Below, in pieces: positions 11,264-22,600 of a stretch of DNA of 64,000 nucleotides. The position numbers and the translations under genes are program-made. The first letter of the stretch is position 1; every line of letters starts with the position of its first letter. The stretch covers positions 232,854,005-232,918,004 of the forward strand of contig NC_092370.1 of assembly GCF_030028105.1 (NCBI RefSeq), given 5' to 3'. A model generated the notes under the pieces. The model had not been told where the DNA came from. It made no database searches and worked only from the letters and a program-made list of their open reading frames with translations. The DNA comes from Mobula birostris (lineage: Eukaryota).

Positions 11264-14200
11264 GTACCTCTTCCTAGAGATGCTGCCTGGCCTGCTGCGT
11301 TCACCAGCAACTTTTATGTGCGTTGCTTGAATTTCCAGCATCTGCAGAATTCCTCGTGTTTACTTTCATATAACTATAGCCCACCAAGAGAAATTGAAAG
11401 TAGATATCCTTGGGCATGGCAAAAACAGAGTCCATCAAATATTTGGGCATCATTATGTCAAAAGATTTGGCAAAATTATCAGAATGCAATTATCAGCCAA
11501 TATATAAAAAAAATTAAGGAAGATGTAACAAGATGGAACCCAATTCCTTTTCTTGGTCTCAGTTCAAGGATTGAATCTATTAAAATGAATATACTGCCCA
11601 GACTTCTATATCTCTTTCAGATCCTACCAATAGAGATTAACCAAAATCAATTCAATGAATGGAACAAGATGCTATCAAGATATATATGGCAAGGTAAAAG
11701 GCCTAGGGTTCATCTCAAAACTTTGCAATTAGCCAAGGAAAAGGGGGGGATGGGGCCTACCTTCTCTTAGAGATTATTATTTCGCAGCACAGTTGAGAGC
11801 CGTGATATGCTGGTGCAACCCATCATATGGCGCTCAATAGAAAAACATTGAGGAGAGGATGCTTTCCATCTCCATACAGGCAATTTTGGCTGATAACAAC
11901 CTACAAAGTTACATAAATAATATTAACAACTCGTGGGTGAAATGGACTCTTAAAATATGGAAAACTATTATAAAAGAATATAAACTAAAGAGAGACATTG
12001 AAATTCTTAAATGGTGTGCATATGACTCGGATTTTACGCCGAATAAACTGGATGCTAGACTTAAGGACTGAATAACTAAAGGAACAACAGCTATTTGCAA
12101 TATAATGAAAGAAGGAACACTGTTCAGCTTTGAAATGTTCAAAGAAAAACACTTATTAGAAAAACAAGTCTTTTACCGGTATTTACAGATGTGACAGTAT
12201 GTTAATAGGATGGTTAAAAATGTAACCAAGGCAAGTAAATGTCTGATAGAGCTATTTAGAAAAGCATATATTCAGACAACGGTAGTAGAATAATTTCAAG
12301 CATTTATAAGGGTTTGTCAAATCTTAAAACACATTGGACTTCATACATTAAAACAAAATGGGAGAAGGAAGGAGGGATAATAATATCTGAGGAAGAATGG
12401 ACAATAATATGGAGGTATCAATAGAAGTGTACCAGTTCACAGAACTGGCGGGAGTTCGGGTGGAAAAACTTGAAAAGATATTTTATTACACCCTCTCAGA
12501 AATTAAATATTTAATGAATATACTGCTGGTGGCTGGAAATGGTTTTCTCAGGAGAGCCCAACTTTAAATGTATGGATGGAAATTACAATGGACATTTACA
12601 AAATGGAGACGATAATAGCATCTGTTAATCATAAGTTGGAACAATTTTATTCATACTGGAAAAAATGGTTTAACTACATAACACCTCATAGGCCTGATTT
12701 TATTCTCACAAGTCAATGAATACGTTGTAAAAAAATTCACTCCCTACTCTGTACATAGTTTTCTGCTTTCCATTATTCTTTCTTTCCCCTCCTTTCTATA
12801 AGTGTGTACCTCAGATAAATATTACGTGGAGATTTGTGACAAATATGATTATATGATATATATGCACAGTATCTGAAATACATCTTATGGAAATGTTTCT
12901 TTGATGATGAAATTGAATAAAAAATAAATTACAAAAAAAAGGTACAAGAGCAGAAAATACTGCTATTACTCAGCAGATCAGGCAGAATCTGTGGAGAGAG
13001 AAAGATAGATAACATTTCAATTTGATGACCATTCGCTGTGATGATTGTACGTTCTAGTATCAATTGTTTGGCGACAATAAAGTATAAAGTATTTAGAAAG
13101 ATAATTCACCTGAAATGTTATCATTATTTCTCTTTTCACAGGTGCTACCTGACCTAGTGAGTATTTGTAATTTTCAGTTTCATTTCAGACTTCCAGCATG
13201 TAGAGGGTTTCAATATTAATTAGCCATATGCTACATCTTCCAAGGCCCTTTGCATTGCAGTCTCTTGCTAACCAAACACACATATTGAACAAAGATTAAA
13301 TAATAAGACCACAAGTCATCGGAGCAGAATTAAGCCACTTGGCTAATGGGGTCTGCTCCGCCATTCGATCATGGCTGACTTATTATCCCATTCAACCCCA
13401 TTCTCCTGTAACCTTTGACACCATTACTAATCAAGAACCTAACAACCTCCACTTTAAATATACCCAATGACTTGCACTCCACAACCGTCTTTGGCAATGT
13501 TAGAAGTTGAAGCCTCATAATAAAAGGACGTCTCTTTAGAAAAACGATGGGGAGGAATTTCTTCAACCAGGGGGTGGTGAATCTGAGAAACTAATTGTCT
13601 CAGATGGTTGTGAAGGCCAATTCATTGGATATATTTAAAGCAGAGGTTGATAGGTTCTTGATTAGTAAGGGTGTCAAAGGTTATGGGGAGAAGGCAAGAG
13701 AACGGGGTTAAGGGAAACAATAAATGCAAGGCAAGGTGCACCAGTGGCCAACAGCAAAATGCTGCTGACATCTTACGAGACTACTAGATACACTCATTCT
13801 TTTAAAGGTACATCTTCTCCTGAACTGCGATCGATCACAGCCTGAATTTCCACTTTAAGGATGTATTTCTGTGTCGACTAAATGATCTGGTGCTTTTGTG
13901 ACCTCCGAGGGGATTCAGCGATATCGAGAGTGGAGTGTGCAGGGATAGACGTCGATCCGTAATGGCGGAACACAAACCCATGGTCAGCTCCATTACACCA
14001 CGCCAATTAAAGCAGCGAACAAGAGTAAAATCAACAAGGACAAGGGCAGAAAATGAATGGATGTTCCATGGCATCTACTTGTCTCCCTCTAATGGCTGCC
14101 AGCAGATGGTGCAAAAGTCTAGCGTCCCACACTGCAAGGTTCAATCGCCTAGGAGATAATGGATGTGGACTCAAGTTTGGGGAACTATGCCATTTGATAT

Positions 14201-14377
14201 TTAATGTCCTCAGTGCTGAATGCGCCCTGCATTCTGGGGCCAAGGTGCATAACATACATTCAAAATAGCGAGAGAAAAAAAAACACACATGGTTACTCTA
14301 GAAAGCAAATGTACAGTCCAAGTCCCTAAACGACATGCAAATGGATGGTACAGCCCCCAGCAATCCAGTCTGACATT

Positions 14378-14392
14378 CCACTAGAGGGCAGC
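14378..14392 (+). promoter_or_regulatory. CTCF-binding motif
   Basis: CCACTAGAGGGCAGC, a close match to the CTCF core; a second motif TGCCAGCAGATGGTGC lies at 14097-14112. Confidence 0.5.
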
Positions 14393-14904
14393 ACCGAACT
14401 GAGCATAGCCATGCTACACCGCCTCTGGTGCCTGCTTACCTGATCTGCAGCAGCAGGCAAGCCCGCAACTTGAGGCCTAATCCTAGCATTTCTACATATT
14501 GTGTAAGAAAATTATCCTGGACAAATTTATCAAATTTCACTGCATCCAAGCCCTAAGCACTATGGCAGGCCCAGTCAACTCAAGTTTATTTTTATTCATC
14601 CATACATATGGTATGAATACAGCCAAACGAAACAATGTTCCTCCAGACCAAGGTGCACAAAACAGTACACATGACTACACACAACACAGAGGGTAATATT
14701 CCCACAAATAAATAAGCAAAAGTAAAATATGGAATTTGGTAAACAATTATACTAGGGGAGTTACAAATCATCCATTTAGAAGATGGGGGTGGGGGGAATC
14801 TTATTGAAAACATTAGGCTCTTGAACAAAAGGGATAACGACACTCATTCTATTTCAGATGCTCCCACAATCGATGGTCTCACTTTAAGGACTCTTTAGAT
14901 TTTT

Positions 14905-15545
14905 AGATTATGAGGACACTCAGTCCTCGTTTATTGTCATTTAGAAATGCATACATTAAGAAATGATACAATGTTCCTCCAGAATGATATCACAAAAAAA
15001 ACAAGAAAAACCAAAGACTAACACTGACAAGACCACATAATTATAACATATAGTTACAGCAGTAAAAAACAATACCATAATTTGATAAAGGGCAGACCAT
15101 GGGAACGGTAAAAAACAGTCTCAAAGTTCTGAATGACTCCCGATAGTCCCGGATAGCAGGCGGCAGAAGGGAGAAACTCTCTCTGCCATAAACCTCCAGG
15201 CGCCGACAACTGTCGATGAATTGGAAGCACCCGACCACAGCCGATTCTGAGTCCGTCCGAAAACTTCGAGCCTCCAACCAGCCCTTCGACACCAAGCACC
15301 AACTCTGCCGAGCACTTCGATCACCGTCCCAGCCACCGAGCAACAAGCAAAGCCAGGGATTCAGGGCCTTCCCCTCCGGAGATTCCGGATCACACAGTTA
15401 CAGCAGCAGCAAAAAAGGCATTTCAGAAGTTTCTCCAGAAGTTCCTCCGTTCTCTCACGTCTGTCTCCATCAAATCAGGATTGTGCACGGCACCCTACCT
15501 AACAGATTACAGATTTCATTCACTGGAGTGTCGCGCCACCATCTT
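14905..15545 (-). repeat. Unclassified SINE-like element (GC-rich head, AT-rich Rex-like tail)
   Basis: Begins agatggtggcgcga on the - strand and ends with AATAAA and short tandem units. Confidence 0.45.
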
Positions 15546-15657
15546 CTCCTCCTCCTCCTACTTTATCTTGTTATTTCATACTTGTTATTTATTGCTATTT
15601 ATTTAGATTTGCACATACACAATTTGTTGTTCATTGATCCTGTTTACAGTTACTGGT

Positions 15658-17820
15658 AGAAACATAGAAAACATACAGCACAATACAGGCTCTTCAGCCC
15701 ACAAAGCTGTGCCGAACATGTCCCTACCTTAGAACTACCTAGGCTTTACCCATAGCCCTCTATTTTTCTAAGCTCCATGTAGCCATTCAGGAGTCTCTTA
15801 AAAGACCCTATCGTTTCCGCCTCCACCACCACCACCGACAGCCCATTCCATGCACTCACCACTCTCTGCATAAAAAAACACCCCTGACATCTCCTCTGTA
15901 CCTACTTCCAAGCACCTTAAAACTATGCCTTCTCATGCTAGCCAATTCAGCCCTGGAGAAAAGCCTCCGACTATCCACACGATCAATGCCTCTCATTATC
16001 TTGTACATCTCTATTAAGTCGCCTCTCATCCTCCGTTGCTCCAAGGAGAAAAGGCCGAGTTCACTCAACCTATTCTCATAAGGCATGCTCCCCAATCCAG
16101 GCAACATCCTTGTAAATCTTCTCTACACCCTTTCTATGGTTTCCACGTCCTTCCTATACTGAGGCAACCAGAATTGAGCACAGTACTCTATGGGGTCTGA
16201 CCAGGGTCCTATATAGCTGCAACATTACCTCTCAGCTCTTAACTCTTAAACGATTGATGAAGGCCAATGCACCGTATGCCTTAACCACAGGGTCAACCAG
16301 TGTAGCAGCTTTGAGTGTCCTATGGACTCGGACCCCAAGATCCCTCTGATCCTCCACACTGCCAAGAGTCTTACCATTAATACTATATTCTGCCATCATA
16401 TTTGACCTACCAAAATGAACCACCTCACACTTATCTGGGTTGAGCTCCCTCTGCCACTTCTCAGCCCAGTTTTGCATTCTATCAATGTCCCATTGTAACA
16501 TCTGACATCCCTCCACACTATCCATAATACACCCAACCTTTGTGTCATCAGCAAATTTACTAACTCCACTTCCTCACCCAGGTCATTTATAAAAATCACA
16601 AAGAGTAGGGGTTCCAGAACAGATCCCTGAGGCACACCACTGGTCACCAGCCTCCATGCAGAATATGACCTGTCTACAACCACTCCTTGCCTTCTGTGGG
16701 AAAGCCAGTTCTGGATCCACAAAGCAATGTTCCCTTGGATCCCATGCCTCCTTACTTTCTCAATAAGCCTTGCATGTGGTACCTTATCAAATGCCTTGCT
16801 GAAATCCATATACACCACATCTACAGCTCTACCTTCATCAATGTGTTTAGTCACATCCTCAAAGAATTCAATCAGGCTCGTAAGGCACAACCTGCCTTTG
16901 ACAAAGCCATGCTGACTATTCCTAATCATATTATGCCTCTCCAAATGTTCAGAACCCTGCCTCTCAGGATCTTCTCCATCAACTTACCAACCACTGAAGT
17001 AAGACTCACTGGCCTATAATTTCCTGGGATATCTCTAGTCCCTTTCTTGAATAATGGAACAACATCCGCAACCCTCCAATCCTTCAGAACCTCTCCCATC
17101 CCCATTGATGATGCAAAGATCACTGCCAGAGGCTCAGTGATCTCCTTCCTCACTTCCCACAGTAGCCTGGGGTATATCCCGTCCAGTCCCGGTGACTTAT
17201 CCAACTTGATGCTTTCCAAAAGCTCCAGTACATATTCTTCCTTAATATCTACATTCTCAAGATTTTCAGTCGACTGTAAGTCATCCCTACAATCGCCAAG
17301 ATCCTTTTCCATAGTGAATACTGAAGCAAGTATTCATTAAGTACCTCTGCTATTTCCTCCAGTTCCATACACACTTTTCCATTGTCACACTTGATTGGTC
17401 CTATACTCTCAGATCTTATCCTCTTGCTTTTCACATACTTGTAGAACGGCTTGGGGATTTCCTTAATCCTGTCTGCCAAGGCCTTCTCATGGCCCTTTCT
17501 GGCTCTCCTAATTTCATTCTTAAGCTCCTTCCTGCAAGCCTTATAATCGTCTAGATTCATATCATTACCTAGTTTTTTGAACCCTTCGTAAGCTCTTCTT
17601 TTCTCCTTGACTAGATTTACAACAGCCTTTGTGTACCACGGATCTTGTACAGTACCATCCTTTCCATGTCTCATTGGAACGTACCTACTCAGAACCCCAC
17701 GCAAATATCCCCTGAACATTTGCCACATTTCTTCGGTATGTTTCCCTGAGTACATCTGTTTCCAATTTATGCTTCCAAGTTCCTGCCTGATAGCCTCATA
17801 GTTCCCCTTACTCTAATTAA
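15658..17820 (-). mobile_element. CR1 LINE (HER1-like), 5'-truncated
   Basis: [41 protein letters not shown] and SGVPQGSVL motifs; (TTTCTATG)n-like tail; inserted into a short Rex-tail repeat with a possible TGGT duplication. Confidence 0.92.
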
Positions 17821-18999
17821 TGGTCTATAGACTTGCTATGTATGCCCACAGGAAAAAGAACCTCTAGGTTGTACATGGTGACAGGTATGTACTCTGATAA
17901 TAAATTTTACTTTGACTTTGAAAATTGAAAGGCCTAGATAGAGTGAATGTGAAGAGGATGTTTCCAAAAGTGAGTGAGTCCAGAGGACATAACCACAGAA
18001 TACAAGGATGTCCTTTAGAACAGAGAGAGAAGGAATTTCTTTAGTCATATGGTGGTGAATTTGGGTTTATTTATTGCCGCAGACAGCTGTGGAGGCCAAG
18101 TCATTGGGTATATTTAAAGCAGATGTTGATAGGTTACAGGGAAGTTATGCAAAGGTGTACAAGGAAAAGGCAGAAAATCAGGGTTGAGAGGGATAATAGA
18201 TCAGCCATGATGAAAACAGCAAATCACACTCAATGGGACGAATGGCCTAATAGGGCTCCTGTGTCTTTTTCTTACAGGTATCTGCAGCGTCCCTGCATAC
18301 TTGCTCCTTGAATTCCCACTGACAATTTGGAGTCTATAGCACATCCATCAAAGTGAAACACCTGCTTCTTATTTCTTAGTTCCCATTATAGGCTCACTGG
18401 AAAATCCCTCGGGAATATCCTCTCCAAAAGGTTAAACTTGGCAAATATTTCTGCAGAACGCAAAAGTTTGCCTGAAAGGATGTGAGAGAATTGAGCTTGT
18501 GACAGTGATCAAAAGAAAAGCGTTCAATTCTCCTTACACGAGCAGTTCAAGGTAGTAGCAAAGATTCCACCTGTTAATATTATGCAGGTGTTTGAAAATT
18601 AAATTATTTGTAAAACTACCATGTTACTCTGGAGTAGTACTTATGCAACCAACACCGCATGTTTTGTTATGCAACTTGCAGTAAACCCATTCTCATGTGT
18701 TACTCAGCTCACCTTAAAGTACATTTTCCCATCCGTATAGTAAAAACTATATTAAAAAATATGAAGTAACATTTTCTAACCTAGCTTCTTTGAATTGTTA
18801 CGTTCGCTTGACATTGACTTTCCCTCCTTCACATTATCGAAACTTGTCATTCAGATACCTTCCAACAGTGTGCACTTCTGGTTAGGGAGATCTCTTAGTC
18901 AACAGATAAACACGAGCAGTATCTCAACCAAAAACGACCAGTATGATACCGTTGTGTACGGGTGCTGAACCCTGCACCAATGGTATCTTACATCACAAC

Positions 19000-19600
19000 T
19001 CTTACCGGCTATTGGCAACAGACAGCTTCAGCCTCCGACAACCGGGAAGCCCTGACCCATGACCTCCTGCCTATCGCGCAAAGTCATATGGGAATTGTAG
19101 TCACAAACTCCATCTGCCAAGTCGTTTTAAGCAGGAAAGAGTTGGAAGAAAACTACAACATTTTAAAAACACCCCTGTTTTCTCATTTGACTTAATAAAC
19201 TGAATGCGCGTTACTCAATGCATAAGATAGCATAACGAAGTCTTCTATGGAAAAGAAATGCCGGTTACTTCGTATATTAAAAGAAAAGTAAGTAGGGGAA
19301 CCACAACTCCCATGAGGCTTTAACATATAGACGAAGATCAGCAGCCAAGGGACAACCAGTGGGCGGGTCAAACCTGCTGTCAGTCATGTTTACGTCAACT
19401 GAGCGATCCGGTCACTGTCCAACGCAGGGCCGCTGCGAAGGGCGCCAAATGCAAATTGCATGCCTACATCATGACGCAGACATGATCAAAGCTGCCGCAC
19501 CGCGGTGACGCCCGGTTTGGTTGACATCTCAGCCCCTGCGGCATAACGTCAGACGTAAATCGTCAGGGGCAGCTACAACCAGGAGAAAATGGCGCTGACG
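19000..19600. promoter_or_regulatory. CpG-enriched, probably bidirectional SNW1 promoter
   Basis: ZNF143/THAP11 motif GACTACAATTCCCA (- strand, 19089-19102) and variant ACCACAACTCCCA (19300-19312); octamer ATGCAAAT 19449-19456; several CGTCA/TGACG CRE half-sites 19390-19565; YY1-like AAAATGGCG overlapping the ATG. Confidence 0.75.
19006..19070 (-). other. Candidate non-coding first exon of the divergent neighbouring gene (ADCK1 by synteny)
   Basis: Minus-strand donor CCG|GTAAGA at 19006/19005, just downstream of the ZNF143 motif. The identity rests only on vertebrate ALKBH1-SLIRP-SNW1-ADCK1 synteny; no ADCK1 coding exon was found in the window. Confidence 0.4.
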
Positions 19601-19602
19601 AG
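19589..19602 (+). CDS. SNW1: SNW1 coding exon 1 (MALTS)
   Basis: ATGGCGCTGACGAG|gttagt in a CpG-rich promoter region. Confidence 0.93.
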
Positions 19603-22600
19603 GTTAGTTATGCTTTATATTCCTGCAGTAATTGGCTGCCTGGTTATAGTTCCTGTTACCTGCCAGCTCCGAGTTCCCGCTGGTGTAAGTAAACGCGAGT
19701 TGGTGCGAACTGTGTGGCATCCCTGGAATTGTTTGGTTTTGTTGGCACCTCCTTTCCTGGGAGGCCTGTCGAAGCGCCTTTGCTGATCGTGCTCCAACCA
19801 ACCGAACTGTGTGCTGAGGAACGGGAGCAATACCGTGGGCAGATGGGTTTTAGAGTCCCCTTGCGTGTTCAATTATTGGGAAAAGTTCCTGCTTTACTTT
19901 ATATTGAAATATAGTCGGGACTGAAGGTTTAGGTATTAATCTGTGTTTCTTCTTGCTTATTTTTAATATTGTCCAAGTTACTTGGGTTTTGTTTTCGTTG
20001 GTTCTGTAACTCTGATCTATATCGGACCATTTTAATACTTAGTTGCACATAAAATTTATTGGTAATGTAATGCTGAAGGTGTGTAGTATCTGTGTCGCCA
20101 CGTAATTGTTGCCATGGTTTCATCCAGCACCTGAAATAGGAAACGTTATTTTTAAAAATAAAGTAATGGGTAAAATCGTAGTACTCTGAGCAATACTGAG
20201 GAGGCCTAATTTCAAGGAGTTGGTAGAGGAATGATGAACCTAATCCCTCGTTCTGAGTTGCTTGAATCAAATTGGTTTATTATTATTACACTTACAGATG
20301 TGCAGTGTAATATTTGTGTACCATCCATATAGGTTAATTTACAACGTTGCAATGAAGTAGTACGGGGTACAATGACAATGTCAAATAAAGTACTAGTGAT
20401 AGAGAGTGCAGTGCAGGTAGACAATAAGGTGCAAGGCCATAAATGGGTAAATTGTTAGTTCAAGAGTACATTTTATCATACTAGGGGTCCTTTCAATGGC
20501 TTTATAACAGTGGGATAGAACCTGCCTGGTGGTACATGCTTCTAAGCCTTTTTTTTTAATCTTCATATGGGAGGGGGAAGAAGAGATAATATCCAGGGAG
20601 GGTGGGCACTTTGATTATGCTGGCAGCTTTAAGGAGGAGGTGAAAGGTGTAGATCTAATCCACAAAGGGGAGGCTGTTTTTTTGGTGACACACAAGCAGA
20701 ACTAGGTCATTTGGTCCATCTAGTCTGCGCTGCCATTTCATCATGGCTGACTTATTTCTCTCTGCTCCAATCTCCCACCTTCTCCCTGTATCCCTTCCTG
20801 CCCTGATTAATCAAGAATCTATCAACCTCTGCCTTAAATATACCCAATGACTTGTCCTCCACAGCCACTCGTGGCAATGAATTCCAGATTCACCACACTC
20901 TGGCTAAAGAAATTCCTCCTCATCTCCATTATAAAGGATGACCCTCCCACAGTGCAAGTGAGGTCTCACCAGTGCCTTAGAAATCCAGAACATTACATCC
21001 TTGAATATGCTTAGCTGTGTTGCAATGTTCGTGGAATTAATATGTAGAAATGGGCCTAATATAAATTGTCGTGTAGCATGAAGGAATGTTGTGTAAAGTG
21101 CATCTCAATCAATATTCTTTGTGTGAAACAGGACTAAAACAAGTATGCAATGGTTGTGTTACTGCATCTAACATTTTAGCTGGTCTTTCTATCATGTTAT
21201 GTTTCTGTAAGTCCTTGTTGGAGTTTTATGAATTAAGGATTAACTAGATGGAAAGATTTTCTGTGGAGCCACTTAGGATAAAGCAATAATGATGTTGATC
21301 TTTGAGATGTTAGTGTAGTTATAGCTCCTCTGCCAATGCTATTACAACAATCTTAAAGACTTGGAATATAGCTTTTAATTTATTCAATCTAATCTATATT
21401 TTAGTATATTTATATTGATCTAAGACAAAAGTATCATGGAGCCTGTCCATCAAGAACCTATTTCTTCCAACCCTAGAGCAGTTCCACTTTACAATCCCCA
21501 CACTCCCATCAGTTCATTCCCACCATCTGCACGCAGAGGCATTGTACAGTGGCTAATTAACCTACCAACTTGTACCCTCTTGCACATCACTCTGTTTATG
21601 CCTTTCAATATTTGATAGTTTCACTCAGAACCAAACAGAATTCGTCTTAAACTTCAGTTGCTCCTTGGCATCTACGTTAAGAAATATTTCACATTTCTTC
21701 TGTTCTTATATGAATGGTGCTTCTTGATTTGGTTTCTGAATGACTTGGGTTCATATTTTATGATTATATGCTCACATTAAGATGACGAGGTTGTCAGAGA
21801 CTCTGAGAACTCAAAGTGGAGGGATGGCAGTTTTCAAAGTAGACCCAAATTGTCACATGGTCTCTTTTTCAACAGATGCTATTGACTGTATGAGTTCCAA
21901 CAACACTTCTGTTTGGCTTTCAGATTCTGATGTGCACTAATTCAGAAAACTGCCCTGAATGCACTCTGGATGTTAACTTACTATCTTTCAATTTGAAATA
22001 AAACAAACCGCTAGAAATACTCAGCAGGTCTGGCAGTATCAGAGGATTGAAATATTTCAGATTGTGCTGAGCAATAATCATCAATTGGACACTTAATGTT
22101 TCTCTACCCTGCTGAATGTTTCCAGCAGTTTTCATTTCCTGGATGATTTTTTTTTTTTGCAGGTATCTGTCTATATAAATATTACATTTTTGTTAATTCT
22201 CTCTTATCTTTGACTTCTGTAGTTGCTGTATTTGTTTAAAACTTCTTTCATAGAGTGCTCATAGCATTTCTTGTTCAAACTCACCTGCCCCTGAATGAAA
22301 TGCTGGACTCTTTTCAGGTCTGCATGCCTCTGTCAACTCTTACCAATTTTTATTGATGCACCATAGAAAGTATTCTGTCTGGATGCGTAACAGCTTGGTA
22401 TGGCAACTGTTCTGCACGTGACTGCAGAAAACTGCGGTTATGGGCACAGCTCTGTGCTTCACGGGAACCAGCCTCCCCTCTCTGGACTCTGTGTATACAT
22501 AGTTCTCACCTCAGTAAATCAGAGAGCATAGTCAAAGACCCCACCCACCTCAGTCATTCCCTCTTACCTGCTCTGCCATTGGGCAGAAAATACAAAAGTC

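Larger units (their letters stand above)
9231..11359 (+). mobile_element. Penelope-like element (Neptune type), 5'-truncated, with an inverted copy of its pseudo-LTR at the 5' end
   Basis: RT motifs [17 protein letters not shown] and [12 protein letters not shown]; Cys-rich linker [10 protein letters not shown]; GIY-YIG domain (GVIYCIRCSRCGLPYIGET...[18 protein letters not shown]). Segment 9231-9662 is the reverse complement of about 10927-11359. Confidence 0.92.
7422..12718 (+). pseudogene. L1 ORF2 (APE-RT), disrupted; RT core and C-terminal Cys-rich motif missing
   Basis: EN domain is open over 7422-8360, followed by stops and frameshifts. FRPISVLNVDYRI and DQTGFI precede the insertion; KYLGI and KMNILPRLLYLFQ follow it. 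Confidence 0.88.
5855..12940 (+). mobile_element. L1-clade LINE with both ends present, decayed and interrupted by a Penelope element
   Basis: ORF1 (RSRRKNIRIYNVPEG, EIERAHR, YPAKLRV); ORF2 APE endonuclease (SFNVNGL, LQETH, RIDYF, SDH) and RT N-terminus; AATAAA plus polyA at 12915-12940; 16-bp TSD AAAGATACAAGAGCAG (5839-5854) / AAAGGTACAAGAGCAG (12938-12953); TT/AAAG endonuclease site. Confidence 0.93.

Noticed and set aside
1-19000. ADCK1 coding exons expected from synteny
   Set aside because: No ADCK1-like peptide was found on the - strand by eye; the exons probably lie outside the window.
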